Below, piece after piece: positions 30,481-42,016 of a DNA stretch of 64,000 nucleotides. The notes beneath the pieces were generated by a model, which saw only the letters and a program-made list of their open reading frames with translations, searched no databases and was not told where the DNA came from. The position numbers and the translations under genes are program-made. Position 1 is the stretch's first letter. The number at the start of each line of letters is the position of its first letter. Source of the DNA: Gammaproteobacteria bacterium (GTDB taxonomy: Bacteria; Pseudomonadota; Gammaproteobacteria; UBA4575); assembly GCA_965243395.1 (NCBI GenBank), contig CBDEUS010000002.1, forward strand, positions 1,216,001-1,280,000. Direction: 5' to 3'.

Positions 30481-31899
30481 ATGTCAGTATTTTCAATTAT
30501 TCCTGTTGTTTTATCGGGTGGAACGGGTTCACGTTTATGGCCACTCTCTAGGAAACTTTACCCAAAGCAGTTTATTCCTTTGAATGGAGATAAAAGCCTC
30601 TACCAGTCCACACTTGAACGAATAGCAGATTTAAATGGCGTCGAGAAAATAATAACAATTTGTAATGATGAACACCGATTTATGGCTGCTGAACAAGCTC
30701 GTCAGATTAAAGCTGGACGTTCTGAAATTATATTAGAGCCTGTTGGGAGAAATACTGCACCCGCAATAACCATTGCAGCTTTGCACGCAGTGAGCACTCA
30801 AGATGATGCCTATTTGCTAGTGCTTCCTGCGGACCATATCCTTGGTGATAAGAAGAAGTTTGCATTAGCCGTTCAACATGCGCATGAAGCGGCGACTAAT
30901 AATCTGGTAACTTTTGGTGTTTTGCCAACCCGTGTTGAATCGGGTTATGGATATATAAAACATGATAACAATACAATTTCAGATAACGCTTTTTCAGTAA
31001 CGAAATTTGTTGAAAAGCCCGATCATAAAACCGCTGAAGCCTATCTTAAAAGCGGTAACTATCTTTGGAATAGTGGGATGTTTTTGTTTCGTGCTGAACT
31101 TTTATTACAAGAAATACAGCAATATCAGCCTGAAGTTTATAATGCCTGCAAACTAGCATATGAAAATAGTGAAAAAGATCTAGACTTTATTCGCCTGCAT
31201 GAAGAGTTTTTTGCTTCTGCACCTAATATCTCTATTGATTATGCAGTCATGGAGAAAACAAAAAATGTCGCAGTTGTGTCTTTAGAAAGTGGTTGGAGTG
31301 ATGTCGGTTCATGGCATGCGCTGTGGGATTCTTTTGAACATGATGCTAATAGCAATGCTACATATGGAGATGTTGTTGAGGAAGATTGTAGTGGTTGTTT
31401 AATTCACGCCAATAATCGCTTGGTAGCCGCAGTTGGTGTTAAAGATCAAGTCATCGTAGAAACTGCAGATGCAGTATTAGTAGCGCCACGTGATCGCTCT
31501 CAAGATGTTAAAGAAATTGTTAATACTTTAAAGCTTTCAAAACGTGATGAAGTAGATATTCACCCAAAGGTATACCGACCTTGGGGTGCTTATGAAACCA
31601 TTGATATTGAGGATCGCTTCCAAGTAAAACGGATCACGGTTTATCCTTTACAAAAATTATCTTTGCAAATGCATCATCACCGTGCAGAACATTGGATTGT
31701 TGTTAAGGGTACCGCACGAGTCACTTGTGGAGAAGAAGAATTTATTTTAAGTGAAAATGAGTCTACCTACATTCCCATAGGTACCAAGCACCGCTTAGAA
31801 AATCCGGGCAAGATCCCACTTGAGCTAATTGAAGTGCAATCTGGTACGTATCTAGGAGAAGATGATATCGAGCGTTTTGATGATGTATATGGTCGTTAA
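30481..31899 (+). CDS. manC: Mannose-1-phosphate guanylyltransferase / mannose-6-phosphate isomerase
   Basis: LSGGTGSRLWPLSR, EPVGRNTAPA, FVEKP, WSDVGSW, RPWG, HHHRAEHW cupin. Confidence 0.96.
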   Translation: MSVFSIIPVVLSGGTGSRLWPLSRKLYPKQFIPLNGDKSLYQSTLERIADLNGVEKIITICNDEHRFMAAEQARQIKAGRSEIILEPVGRNTAPAITIAALHAVSTQDDAYLLVLPADHILGDKKKFALAVQHAHEAATNNLVTFGVLPTRVESGYGYIKHDNNTISDNAFSVTKFVEKPDHKTAEAYLKSGNYLWNSGMFLFRAELLLQEIQQYQPEVYNACKLAYENSEKDLDFIRLHEEFFASAPNISIDYAVMEKTKNVAVVSLESGWSDVGSWHALWDSFEHDANSNATYGDVVEEDCSGCLIHANNRLVAAVGVKDQVIVETADAVLVAPRDRSQDVKEIVNTLKLSKRDEVDIHPKVYRPWGAYETIDIEDRFQVKRITVYPLQKLSLQMHHHRAEHWIVVKGTARVTCGEEEFILSENESTYIPIGTKHRLENPGKIPLELIEVQSGTYLGEDDIERFDDVYGR

Positions 31900-31974
31900 A
31901 AAACTAAGTAGCATCATATGATCCAGTGTTCATTGGTAGTATTGTCTATATACTCTCATTAATCTTCTCTACTG

Positions 31975-32004
31975 TTGAGACTAATGCGCACTAGCTGTTA
32001 TGCT
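31975..32004 (+). promoter_or_regulatory. Candidate sigma70 promoter for leuS
   Basis: TTGAGA-N18-TATGCT with extended -10 (TGtTATGCT), ~33 nt before the ATG. Confidence 0.4.
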
Positions 32005-32037
32005 CTCACGCTTTTGATATATCACAACTAATCTTAT

Positions 32038-34509
32038 ATGAGTGATTTGTATAATCCGCAAGAAATTGAACGTTCTGTTCAAGAGAGCTGGGAATCACAG
32101 CAAGCTTTTAAAGCAATAGAGAACAGTCAGCAAGAAAAGTTTTATTGCTTGTCTATGTTTCCATATCCCAGTGGCCGATTACATATGGGTCATGTGCGAA
32201 ATTACACAATTGGTGATGTCATTAGTCGATATCAACGTATGCAAGGTAAAAACGTTATGCAACCTATGGGTTGGGATGCATTTGGTTTACCTGCAGAAAA
32301 TGCTGCAATAAATAATAAAGTTCCACCTGCAAAATGGACTTATGAAAATATCGATTATATGCGCGCGCAGCTCAAACGATTGGGATTTTCCTATGATTGG
32401 AGTCGAGAATTAGCAACTTGTCATCCTAAGTATTATCGTTGGGAGCAATGGTTTTTTACTAAATTGTATGAAAAAGGCTTGGTTTACAAAAAGAAAGCTA
32501 CCGTAAATTGGGATCCAGTTGATCAAACTGTATTAGCGAATGAACAAGTAATTGATGGTCGAGGTTGGCGCTCGGGAGCAGTAGTTGAGCGTAAGGAAAT
32601 TGAACAGTGGTTTTTAAAAATCACGGAGTATGCAGATGAGCTGTTAAACGATCTTGGTAATTTAGAGGGTTGGCCAGAACAAGTAAAAATGATGCAGCAT
32701 AATTGGGTAGGTCGATCTGAAGGTGTAGAAATAGAATTTTCTATAGATAACATTAATGGTGATGAACAATCTTCCATAAGAGTTTATACCACTCGTCCAG
32801 ATACATTAATGGGTGCTAGTTATGTTGCTATTGCTCCAGAGCATAAATTGGCACAACATGCTGCAAAAAATAATTCAGAGATTGAAGGCTTTATAAATAA
32901 TTGTAAGCAGACAAAAGTTTCAGAAGCAGAAATTAGTACATTAGAAAAACAAGGTATTGATACTGGGTTATTTGCAATTCATCCAATTAGCAATAAAAAA
33001 ATTCCTGTCTGGATTGCAAACTTTGTGCTAATCGAATATGGCTCCGGTGCCGTTATGTCGGTACCCGCACATGATCAGCGTGATTGGGAATTTGCAAAAA
33101 AATATAATCTACCAATCATTCCTGTCATCACTAATGAGCAAGATGGTAATTATGCAGATATATCTAAGGGTGCGATAACTGATAAAGGCTGGTTATTTAA
33201 TTCGCAACAATTTGATGGATTAAGTTCTGAAAATGCATTTGACGAGATTGCTAAACAGCTTGAAAGCGAGAATAAAGGTAGTAAACAAGTAAATTATCGA
33301 TTGCGTGATTGGGGGGTTTCACGTCAGCGCTATTGGGGCTGCCCAATCCCAATAATTCATTGTGATTCTTGTGGCTCGGTTCCTGTTCCAGAACAAGACC
33401 TACCTGTTTTACTGCCTGAAGATATTGATTTTGATGGTGCGAGTTCACCTCTTAATAAACTAGACGATTTTATAAATGTAGAGTGTCCAAAGTGTGGCGC
33501 TCCTGCTAAAAGAGAGACCGATACATTTGATACTTTCTTTGAGTCAAGCTGGTATTTCGCGCGATATTGTAGCGTGGATAATGATCAATCCATGCTTGAT
33601 GAACGCGCAGAATACTGGCTACCTGTAGATCAATACATTGGCGGCATTGAACACGCCGTTTTACATTTATTATATGCAAGATTTTTTAACAAGCTTATGC
33701 GTGACCAGGGTTTATTTGAATATGACGAGCCTTTCACTAATCTTTTAACCCAAGGTATGGTATTAAAAGATGGTGCAAAAATGTCTAAGTCAAAAGGTAA
33801 CACAGTTGATCCTGAGAAATTAATTAATCAATATGGTGCAGATACTGTGCGCTTATTTGTGATGTTTGCAGCACCGCCCGATCACTCTCTTGAATGGTCA
33901 GATACTGCTGTTGAAGGCTCTTATAGATTTATAAATAAATTATGGAGAATGGTAGAGAGCTTTAAAGAAAATGTAAAAGAGACGCATGAAATTTTAGCTT
34001 CAGAGTTAAATAAGTCGCAAAACAATCTCCATCGCAAGGTTCACGAAACCATTCAAAAAGTAACAGACGACATTGGCAGACGTTATACATTTAATACTGC
34101 CATTGCAGCCAATATGGAATTAAGCAATGAGCTGCAAAAGTTTGATGATGATTCAACACAAGGCCGTGCTGTTTATCAGGAAGCCCTGGAGTCTATTGTT
34201 CTAATGTTGTCACCTATAATCCCTCATGTTTGCCACATATTATGGCAAAAATTAGGTAATACTCAGGCTATACACGAAATTCAGTGGCCTAAGGTTGATA
34301 CTAATGCACTGAAAAAAGATAACATTGAATTAGTAGTTCAAGTAAATGGGAAAAAGCGTGCTACTATTAGTGTTGGTTCAAAAACAGATAATAAACAGAT
34401 TGAAGAAACTGCATTAAAAGATGAAAATGTTTCAAGAACTATAGCTGATAAAAATGTAGTCAAAGTTATTATTGTTCCAGGTAGATTAATTAATATTGTA
34501 GTGAAATAA
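32038..34509 (+). CDS. leuS: Leucine--tRNA ligase
   Basis: [31 protein letters not shown]. Confidence 0.99.
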   Translation: MSDLYNPQEIERSVQESWESQQAFKAIENSQQEKFYCLSMFPYPSGRLHMGHVRNYTIGDVISRYQRMQGKNVMQPMGWDAFGLPAENAAINNKVPPAKWTYENIDYMRAQLKRLGFSYDWSRELATCHPKYYRWEQWFFTKLYEKGLVYKKKATVNWDPVDQTVLANEQVIDGRGWRSGAVVERKEIEQWFLKITEYADELLNDLGNLEGWPEQVKMMQHNWVGRSEGVEIEFSIDNINGDEQSSIRVYTTRPDTLMGASYVAIAPEHKLAQHAAKNNSEIEGFINNCKQTKVSEAEISTLEKQGIDTGLFAIHPISNKKIPVWIANFVLIEYGSGAVMSVPAHDQRDWEFAKKYNLPIIPVITNEQDGNYADISKGAITDKGWLFNSQQFDGLSSENAFDEIAKQLESENKGSKQVNYRLRDWGVSRQRYWGCPIPIIHCDSCGSVPVPEQDLPVLLPEDIDFDGASSPLNKLDDFINVECPKCGAPAKRETDTFDTFFESSWYFARYCSVDNDQSMLDERAEYWLPVDQYIGGIEHAVLHLLYARFFNKLMRDQGLFEYDEPFTNLLTQGMVLKDGAKMSKSKGNTVDPEKLINQYGADTVRLFVMFAAPPDHSLEWSDTAVEGSYRFINKLWRMVESFKENVKETHEILASELNKSQNNLHRKVHETIQKVTDDIGRRYTFNTAIAANMELSNELQKFDDDSTQGRAVYQEALESIVLMLSPIIPHVCHILWQKLGNTQAIHEIQWPKVDTNALKKDNIELVVQVNGKKRATISVGSKTDNKQIEETALKDENVSRTIADKNVVKVIIVPGRLINIVVK

Positions 34510-34523
34510 ATAAAAACGAATAT

Positions 34524-35003
34524 ATGTTAAAGTTTGTACCCTTATTTTTTATAATATTGTTAGCTCAAGCTTGTGGTTTTCATTTAGCAGGGGAAGGTGA
34601 GTTTAGTGATGAGGTAAGTAACACACATATTCAAGCACTTTCTTCAAGTAGAGACTTAGTACGCCTAGTAGAAAAAAATTTACGTTCTAATCAGATCAAT
34701 ATTGTCAGTGTAGAAAATGCAACTGCACTTTTGCGTATTTTAAATGAAGAGACAGAAAGAGTTGTTCTGACATTAGATAATGATGGTAAGGCACGGGAAT
34801 ATGAATTATTGCTAAAAGTTAGCTTCGATGTAATTCGTCCAGATAACAGTATCTTGTTAAATAAGCAGCAAATAGACCTCAATCGAGACTTTGTTTTTGA
34901 TAAAAGTGAACTATTAGGAACAAATGAAGAGGAACAGGAACTGTTCAACGAAATGCGAAATGACGCAGCAAAGTTAATAGTTTATCGATTGCAAACTATT
35001 TAG
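34524..35003 (+). CDS. lptE: LPS assembly lipoprotein
   Basis: Lipobox-like LAQA-CGFHL; position directly after leuS. Confidence 0.9.
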   Translation: MLKFVPLFFIILLAQACGFHLAGEGEFSDEVSNTHIQALSSSRDLVRLVEKNLRSNQINIVSVENATALLRILNEETERVVLTLDNDGKAREYELLLKVSFDVIRPDNSILLNKQQIDLNRDFVFDKSELLGTNEEEQELFNEMRNDAAKLIVYRLQTI

Positions 35004-35014
35004 ATGTATTAAAA

Positions 35015-35893
35015 TTAACTTATTTCACTGAAAATTACTTTTGCTATTGCAGAAGAATCAAGATCACCATTTCCTTTTTCAACTAATTCTTTTAGATATT
35101 GTTGCGCCATTTCCGCACCAGGAATTGTTATATTATTTTGCTCAGCACTTTGTAGTGCAATCCCCATGTCTTTTAGATGTAAGGAAGCTTTAAAGCCGGG
35201 TTTGTAATTTCCCTCTAGCATTCTTTTTCCATGAAGATCTAATACTTTGCTATTGGCGAATCCGCCCAGTAAAGCATCTCTTACTTTGCTTGGGTCTACA
35301 TTAGAAGACTTTGCTAGCAACAACGCTTCGGCTACTGCAGAAATTGTTTGTGCGGCAAGTATTTGATTACAAGCCTTGGCAACTTGACCTGCACCATGAT
35401 CACCAACATGTACTATATTCTTCCCTAATATTTTGAAAATGGGTAAAGCTTGATTGAATACATCAGGTTTTCCGCCTACCATGATCGATAATGTTCCATC
35501 TATCGCACCCACTTCACCTCCGGATACGGGCGCATCAAGCATATCAATTTTCTTTTTAGCAAGTTGCTGTGCTAAGGAACGGGTTACTTCGGGTGAGATC
35601 GTACTCATGTCAATCACTAAGTGACCAGATTGAGCACCATGGATAATTCCATTATCACCGCTAATGACATCTACAACGTCAGGGCTGTCTGCTACACAGA
35701 TAATGGTAGCTTGGCAATGTTTAGCAAGCTCTGACGGGCTTTTATAAATTACGATATTGTCTGTTTTAAAAGGCAGTAGAGTTTCAGCGCTTCGAGCAAA
35801 TAGACCTAGTTGATAATCAGCGTCAAGCAAATTTTTTGCCATGGGCTTACCCATGATCCCTAATCCAATAAGACCAATTCGATTAATAGTCAT
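35015..35893 (-). CDS. 2-hydroxy-3-oxopropionate reductase / beta-hydroxyacid dehydrogenase family
   Basis: IGLGIMGKPMA, DMSTISP, LDAPVSGG, GAGQVAKACNQI, GFKASLHLKD. Confidence 0.92.
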   Translation of the reverse strand: MTINRIGLIGLGIMGKPMAKNLLDADYQLGLFARSAETLLPFKTDNIVIYKSPSELAKHCQATIICVADSPDVVDVISGDNGIIHGAQSGHLVIDMSTISPEVTRSLAQQLAKKKIDMLDAPVSGGEVGAIDGTLSIMVGGKPDVFNQALPIFKILGKNIVHVGDHGAGQVAKACNQILAAQTISAVAEALLLAKSSNVDPSKVRDALLGGFANSKVLDLHGKRMLEGNYKPGFKASLHLKDMGIALQSAEQNNITIPGAEMAQQYLKELVEKGNGDLDSSAIAKVIFSEIS

Positions 35894-35991
35894 AATTTAA
35901 CAAATTTAAAAAACATTGATGCATTGCCAAGCTTAGCAGAAATGCTAAAAAGTTTATCAATATTTATTAGTTAGTTTGATTTTATATAAAT

Positions 35992-38544
35992 TCAGCTGGA
36001 GCCAGCTTTATCTTGACTAGTACGGATATCATTAATTACTGAACTCAAAGCTAAATCAAATCGATTACTTTCACTAATGAGATTGCTTCTTCCTGTAGAA
36101 AGATCATCCAAGAATGTTTCAAGATCAATCTCAAAACGATAATCTCCTGAACGGTCTGTAAAAAATAGTAGTTTATTTTCAGAGTCAGCATTAGAGAATT
36201 TGAGTCGGCGTTTAGCCTTATTTTCTCCTTGAAAGATTTCTAGCCATACACCAGGAATAATGCTCTCAGGAAGGTGCTCTTCTACACTTAATTCAGGTTC
36301 TTCATCAAGCTCACCTTCCTCAAATTCCATCTCTGAGTCAAATTGATCAACAGAGTCTATGTTTTCTGAAATATCCTCATCGGTTTCATCAGAATCTTCA
36401 GTTCTTTCTGAATTATCATTTTCATCAGCTTCGATTGTCTCATCATGAACCGATTCTGTTGATTCACCTTCCACAGCAACATGGTCTTCAAGAGTAATTT
36501 TTTCCACATCTTCAACTGACTCTTGATTTTGCGCATCCCCTTCGCTATCAAAAGCTGGGTCAGCTGTATCTGGCACAGATGTTAAATTTTTGAAAAGATG
36601 AATTACATTATCTTGTTGTTCAACATTATCAGTTTCAACATTTTCCTCATTAGTATTTTGCTCTTGTTGAGCAGTCTCTTCACTTTCTCGTTGAATTTTT
36701 CTTAAATAGGTTAAATACCAAACTTCTGCTCCCTCTAAAACTTCCTCAAATTCTTCGTTATGATTTGAGAAATGTTCAAGTTCAGCACGGATATTCTCAA
36801 AAAAATCATTCGGTTCATGAATATATCGATTTATTTCATTAAGAGAATGGTTGCCCTGGGAAACTTCAAGTACTCTGCGCAAGGTGCGGACAGAGTTTCG
36901 CCATTCTTTTGTAGATCTACCATGATTCATATAAACATAAGCCATATGTGGTGCCCAACACTTTAGGCAGAATTCAAGCATTGGATTTGGTATTTCTTTC
37001 TTGCGGGTAAACTTTTTAATTGTATGGATTACAATCCGTTTGGCGGCAGAACGTTGTGATCTTAGCTGGTGATTTTTTTGTTCATTTGCTTGTTTTATAG
37101 CATCATTGAGTGTTTGTGAATCGAGTTTATTGATATCATGAAGCGCGTGATAAAATACTTTCACATCTGTTTCAAAATTATCAGTAATATTTTTTATTAT
37201 TAATTTTAGTTTTTTGAATAATTCTTCTTCTTTTCCGCTAACACTAACACCAATAGAAGTAAGCTTATTAAGTAATTGTCTTGCGGGATGTTTAGAATTT
37301 TGAAAAAACGTAAAATCAATCAGTGCAAGTTTAATTGTAGATATCTGTAGTCTCGCTAAAAGCGCTTTCATTGCATCGCATAATGAATCATCTTCAAGAA
37401 TAACCTGGAAGATATTGCTCACAAAATCGATAACCTTTTCTTCATTATCTACTATTTCAACAGCATCAAGTGCACCTTTTTCATGTAGAGTTCTTCTAAC
37501 AGCAGTTTTAATTTGATTGGCTTTGAAAACTGCATTACTCGCTGCTTCAACTTGTTGTACACGTGACAATGCACGTACGAATTGACGCCTTTGTGCAGGT
37601 GAAGAATTTGATTGAGTACCAGGGCTATAAGGTTGTAGCAATAAACCAATGGTAGTCTCATCTAACCCAGTTTGACCCGGGCCATAAACGTCCATTGCAA
37701 TTTCATCTATTATTTCAGTATTGAGAATTTCCGCTTGCTTATTTAGTTGATCACTTACAGGGTCATGCTGCGCTTCAAATTCCTGATTCCACATTTTTTG
37801 TTCAACAGGCGCAAAAAATTGCCCTGTTGACATACTCATAATCGATGAGTCAGTTGCCGCATTTTCAGAGTATTTATTATCGCCTGAGGCCTTGGAACTC
37901 TCGTTTGGTTGGATTCCAATATCAAGTAAAAATTTTCGCATTGCTAAATAAAAATCATTTAAATTTGGCGAAATATTTTGATATAACAATTTACAAATTA
38001 AAATTTTTCCATCAGCAGGTATATTTAAAGGTGCAATGCAATTTTGAAATAATTTGTAAAAGTCTTGTGGATGTAAGCAATGAGTATTAAATTCTTGATG
38101 TGATAAAGATAATAACTCTTCTAATTGCAGAATAAGTTGATCAATTAAACCAGCATGTCGATCAACACTGCGATTAATTAATGTATCTATAGCTAGGGCA
38201 AGTTCAATCAAGTCTGTATCCATTGTTTGGATTCCATCTTGATTGATAGTTTGAGAGCGCATAATTCCTGAGTACGATGTATAGAACCGTGACTCTAATT
38301 CAACATAAAATTCTGAAGAGACAATATGTTTACGCTCCAGGAATGTGTCTAATGCCTGATCACTTATTTTACTGGTGGTTTCATTAATCTGCGTTCGGTA
38401 ATTTCTATCTCCAGCCATGGAAAAGCTTTCATCTAATATTGCATTGAGAAAGTTTTTTAGATTGATATGGACAATTTCGACTACTTTGTCATAGTCGATA
38501 CGGCCTTCATTATCGAAGATTTCTTGTTGGTTGGATTCAGGCAT
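35992..38544 (-). CDS. DUF1631-family protein with long acidic linker
   Basis: IDFVSNIFQVILED..L...KALLARLQI..KLAL.D..FF....HPARQLLN core; C-terminal PGVWLE...RRLKF...LFFTDRSG. Confidence 0.75.
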   Translation of the reverse strand: MPESNQQEIFDNEGRIDYDKVVEIVHINLKNFLNAILDESFSMAGDRNYRTQINETTSKISDQALDTFLERKHIVSSEFYVELESRFYTSYSGIMRSQTINQDGIQTMDTDLIELALAIDTLINRSVDRHAGLIDQLILQLEELLSLSHQEFNTHCLHPQDFYKLFQNCIAPLNIPADGKILICKLLYQNISPNLNDFYLAMRKFLLDIGIQPNESSKASGDNKYSENAATDSSIMSMSTGQFFAPVEQKMWNQEFEAQHDPVSDQLNKQAEILNTEIIDEIAMDVYGPGQTGLDETTIGLLLQPYSPGTQSNSSPAQRRQFVRALSRVQQVEAASNAVFKANQIKTAVRRTLHEKGALDAVEIVDNEEKVIDFVSNIFQVILEDDSLCDAMKALLARLQISTIKLALIDFTFFQNSKHPARQLLNKLTSIGVSVSGKEEELFKKLKLIIKNITDNFETDVKVFYHALHDINKLDSQTLNDAIKQANEQKNHQLRSQRSAAKRIVIHTIKKFTRKKEIPNPMLEFCLKCWAPHMAYVYMNHGRSTKEWRNSVRTLRRVLEVSQGNHSLNEINRYIHEPNDFFENIRAELEHFSNHNEEFEEVLEGAEVWYLTYLRKIQRESEETAQQEQNTNEENVETDNVEQQDNVIHLFKNLTSVPDTADPAFDSEGDAQNQESVEDVEKITLEDHVAVEGESTESVHDETIEADENDNSERTEDSDETDEDISENIDSVDQFDSEMEFEEGELDEEPELSVEEHLPESIIPGVWLEIFQGENKAKRRLKFSNADSENKLLFFTDRSGDYRFEIDLETFLDDLSTGRSNLISESNRFDLALSSVINDIRTSQDKAGSS

Positions 38545-38722
38545 TTCTCTCGTTTTTTCTTATAAATAGCTATATTTTTACAAGAAATAGTGTAGGGTAT
38601 TCCTGTTAAACATAATGATAATTAGTAATCGCTTAATCTAGGCCATTGTGCCGTTCATCGGCTATCATGTACGCTGTAAGATAAGATCATAATCCCAATG
38701 CCAGAGTTCCTGTTTCGTACTT

Positions 38723-39715
38723 ATGCAAATACGGTATTCACAGTTAAAAGACAAATTAACCAAGCCTTTAATTTCGCCCATATTAGTTAGTGGGGATGAG
38801 CCTTATCAGCACATGCATGCGTGTGATATGTACCGTGCGAGAGCTAAAGCACTTGGGTTTAGTGAGCGAAAAGTTTTGACTGTTGAAAAAAGCTTTGATT
38901 GGTCAGAGCTTGAGCAGGAGAAAAATAATATGTCGTTATTTGGCGAACGTACTTTAATTGATTTACGTATTCCAAATGGTAAACCGGGAGCAGCGGGTTC
39001 AAAAGCGATTATTAATTTTTTAGACGGTATTCACGCAGATGTGATGCTACTAATACAAGCACCTAGGTTAGACCGCAATACAATTAATTCTGCCTGGGTT
39101 AAAGCTTTAGATAAAGTAGGTATGGTATTGCGCATTTGGCCATTGAATGAAAAGGAAACGCGAAGATGGATTCAAGAGAAATTACGTGCGAAAAAACTAA
39201 TTGCCAGTAATGATATTGTAGACTTTATTACTCAACAAGTTGAAGGCAATCTACTTGCAGCAATGCAAGAAATTGAAAAAATATCTTTAATTAGTCAAAG
39301 TAATAATTTAGATAGAAATGCGATCCATGCGATTTTAAGTAACAGTAGTCACTATTCGCTCAACGAATTGATGGATGTAGTGATAAAAGGCGATGTTGCA
39401 AAAATTATACGTATTATAGACAGCTTGAAAAAAGAAGATGTGGCACCACCACTTTTACTATGGGGATTAACTGAGCAAATAAGGAAGTTAATAGAAGCTA
39501 AACCAAATCAAGCAGTAATTTCAGCTGATTATAAAAACGCGTTACAAAAGATAAGTTTTTTACATCAAGAAAATACAGACACAAATAGTAAATTAATGAT
39601 GTCAGAATTATTGAAAAAATGTGCACATGTTGATCGTGTTATAAAAGGTCGGTCATATGGTGATTCTTGGCACGAATTATTAAAATTGAGTATCGCCACA
39701 AGAATTTCAGTTTAA
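38723..39715 (+). CDS. holA: DNA polymerase III delta subunit
   Basis: [34 protein letters not shown]. Confidence 0.93.
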   Translation: MQIRYSQLKDKLTKPLISPILVSGDEPYQHMHACDMYRARAKALGFSERKVLTVEKSFDWSELEQEKNNMSLFGERTLIDLRIPNGKPGAAGSKAIINFLDGIHADVMLLIQAPRLDRNTINSAWVKALDKVGMVLRIWPLNEKETRRWIQEKLRAKKLIASNDIVDFITQQVEGNLLAAMQEIEKISLISQSNNLDRNAIHAILSNSSHYSLNELMDVVIKGDVAKIIRIIDSLKKEDVAPPLLLWGLTEQIRKLIEAKPNQAVISADYKNALQKISFLHQENTDTNSKLMMSELLKKCAHVDRVIKGRSYGDSWHELLKLSIATRISV

Positions 39716-39725
39716 ATTTTTAATT

Positions 39726-41009
39726 ATGAACATTGCAGTTTCAGATCAAACATCATCCATCAAAGAGTATATTGATGAAGTAACTCAGCGGTCTGCTAAT
39801 GCACGTGCGGAAATAGCTGCTGCTAGTGCTGAAGTGAAAAATCAAGCATTGAGATATATAGCAAACGAAATTCTCGATTCTCGCGAAAAATTAAAGAGTA
39901 AAAATATTCTTGATCTGCAAGCAGGTAAAGAGCGAGGATTAGCAAGTGCAATGTTAGATCGTTTGGAACTTACGGATGCGCGAATTGAGGCAATGGCTGA
40001 AGGGTTAGTGCAAGTGAGTGAACTACCTGATCCAGTTGGTGAGATGAGCGAAATGAATACACGTCCTTCTGGCATAAAAGTAGGCAAAATGCGTGTGCCG
40101 ATAGGCGTGATCTTGATTATTTATGAGTCTCGGCCAAACGTAACTGCAGATGCAGCAGCTCTTTGTATTAAATCCGGTAATGTAACGATACTAAGAGGTG
40201 GTTCGGAAGCAATACATTCTAATCAGGCAATTGCCAGCTGTCTTCACAATGGTTTGGAAAAAGCAGGTATATCAAAAGATGTCGTGCAAGTGATTGCTAC
40301 TACAGATAGACAGGCTGTCACAGAGCTTCTACATGCAGATGAAGTTATTAACATTGTAATCCCACGTGGCGGCAAAGGTTTGATAGAAAAAATAACACAA
40401 GAATCTCGCATACCATTAATTAAACATTTAGATGGTGTATGCCATGTATATATTCATGAGGATGCGAATGTGGAAATGGCAACTGAAATAGCCGTAAATG
40501 CAAAAGCGCAACGCTTTGGTGTATGCAATGCTATGGAAACTTTATTAATAGATGAAAAAATAGCTAACCAAATCCTGCCAGATTTAGAGAAGAGATTTAA
40601 AGAAAAGCAGGTAGAGTTAAGAGGGAGCACAAAAACGCAAAAAATCCTACCAGATGTTAAAAGCGCAAGTGAGGATGATTGGTATGAAGAATATTTGGGC
40701 CCTGTGTTAGCAATAAGAGTAGTAGAAAATATTACTGAAGCAATTCAACACATAGAAAAATATGGTTCACATCATACAGACGCTATCGTTACAGATAATG
40801 AAGCAATTGCGCAACAGTTCCTACGAGAAGTAGATTCTAGTTCTGTCATGGTCAATGCTTCTACAAGGTTTGCTGATGGGTTTGAATACGGTCTCGGTGC
40901 TGAAATAGGTATCAGCACGGATAAATTACATGCCAGAGGACCCGTAGGTCTAGAAGGTTTGACTACTCAAAAGTTTATCGTACTAGGTGATGGAAACATA
41001 CGTGAATAA
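39726..41009 (+). CDS. proA: Gamma-glutamyl phosphate reductase
   Basis: [49 protein letters not shown]. Confidence 0.98.
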   Translation: MNIAVSDQTSSIKEYIDEVTQRSANARAEIAAASAEVKNQALRYIANEILDSREKLKSKNILDLQAGKERGLASAMLDRLELTDARIEAMAEGLVQVSELPDPVGEMSEMNTRPSGIKVGKMRVPIGVILIIYESRPNVTADAAALCIKSGNVTILRGGSEAIHSNQAIASCLHNGLEKAGISKDVVQVIATTDRQAVTELLHADEVINIVIPRGGKGLIEKITQESRIPLIKHLDGVCHVYIHEDANVEMATEIAVNAKAQRFGVCNAMETLLIDEKIANQILPDLEKRFKEKQVELRGSTKTQKILPDVKSASEDDWYEEYLGPVLAIRVVENITEAIQHIEKYGSHHTDAIVTDNEAIAQQFLREVDSSSVMVNASTRFADGFEYGLGAEIGISTDKLHARGPVGLEGLTTQKFIVLGDGNIRE

Positions 41010-41021
41010 TAAGGCTGGGGA

Positions 41022-41651
41022 GTGATAGGTATATTTGGTGGAAGTTTTGATCCACCTCATTTTGGTCATATCAAGTCTGCATTTGCGTTGCTTGAACAAT
41101 TTGAATTTGAACAAATACGATTTGTACCTTGTCAGTTATCTCCACATAAAAATAAAGCGCATGCAAGTGCCCAACATCGTTGGCAAATGCTAAGTCTAAT
41201 TTGTGATAGCCATGACAAGTTAGTGGTTGATGACTGCGAGTTAAAACGAGAAGCCCCTTCTTATACTATTGATACATTAATTGAGCTTCGACAACAGTAT
41301 GATGAGCAAAAATCATTAGTTTTAATTTTAGGAATAGACGCCTACTCGTCATTTTGCCAATGGCATAATTTTGAAGATATCTTATCTTATTCTCATTTAA
41401 TGCTGTTGCAACGTCCTGGTTATGCATTACCTAAATCTGGTTGTGAAAAAGATTATATTGATACACGTCTTGTAAAAGATATAAATTTATTAGTGAATAG
41501 TGCTAATGGTAAAATTTACCTATGTGATATAGAAAAAATAGATATATCATCAACGTCAGTTAGAAAAACTATTTCTAATGGTGAGCAACCAAGATATGCG
41601 ATACCGGGAAATATTTGGAACTATATAAAACGCAATAATCTGTATAGATAA
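41022..41651 (+). CDS. nadD: Nicotinate-nucleotide adenylyltransferase
   Basis: GIFGGSFDPPHFGH, SYTIDTL, ISSTSVR. Confidence 0.95.
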   Translation: MIGIFGGSFDPPHFGHIKSAFALLEQFEFEQIRFVPCQLSPHKNKAHASAQHRWQMLSLICDSHDKLVVDDCELKREAPSYTIDTLIELRQQYDEQKSLVLILGIDAYSSFCQWHNFEDILSYSHLMLLQRPGYALPKSGCEKDYIDTRLVKDINLLVNSANGKIYLCDIEKIDISSTSVRKTISNGEQPRYAIPGNIWNYIKRNNLYR

Positions 41652-41671
41652 TTAATACCAATTACTTACAT

Positions 41672-42010
41672 ATGAAAAATAATAATAGTGTTGAAGTTGC
41701 AGTTAATGCGCTTGAAGAAATGAAGGGTAAAGATATCACAGTAATAGATACACAAGGGAAAACAGATGTATTTGATGCCATGATTATTGTTACCGGAACA
41801 TCGGATAGACATGTTAAATCACTATCTGATCGTTTGATAACAGATGCAAAAGAAAATAATCTTGAAGTACTCGGAGTTGAACAAGATCGTTCATGGATAT
41901 TAGTAGATCTATACGATGTTATTGTGCATGTGATGCTGGAAGAAACGCGTGAATTTTATAGTCTAGAAAAACTTTGGCAAATAGGTTCTAGTCAGAAACA
42001 AGTTTCATAA
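41672..42010 (+). CDS. rsfS: Ribosome silencing factor
   Basis: KGKDI, TGTSDRHVKS, WILVD..DVIVHVM...REFYSLEKLW. Confidence 0.96.
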   Translation: MKNNNSVEVAVNALEEMKGKDITVIDTQGKTDVFDAMIIVTGTSDRHVKSLSDRLITDAKENNLEVLGVEQDRSWILVDLYDVIVHVMLEETREFYSLEKLWQIGSSQKQVS

Positions 42011-42016
42011 AATTCC

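Noticed and set aside
35933-35948. TTAGCA-gaaa-TGCTAA hairpin between DUF1631 and the dehydrogenase
   Set aside because: Short AT-rich stem with no U-tract on the transcribed (minus) strand; not supportable as a terminator.
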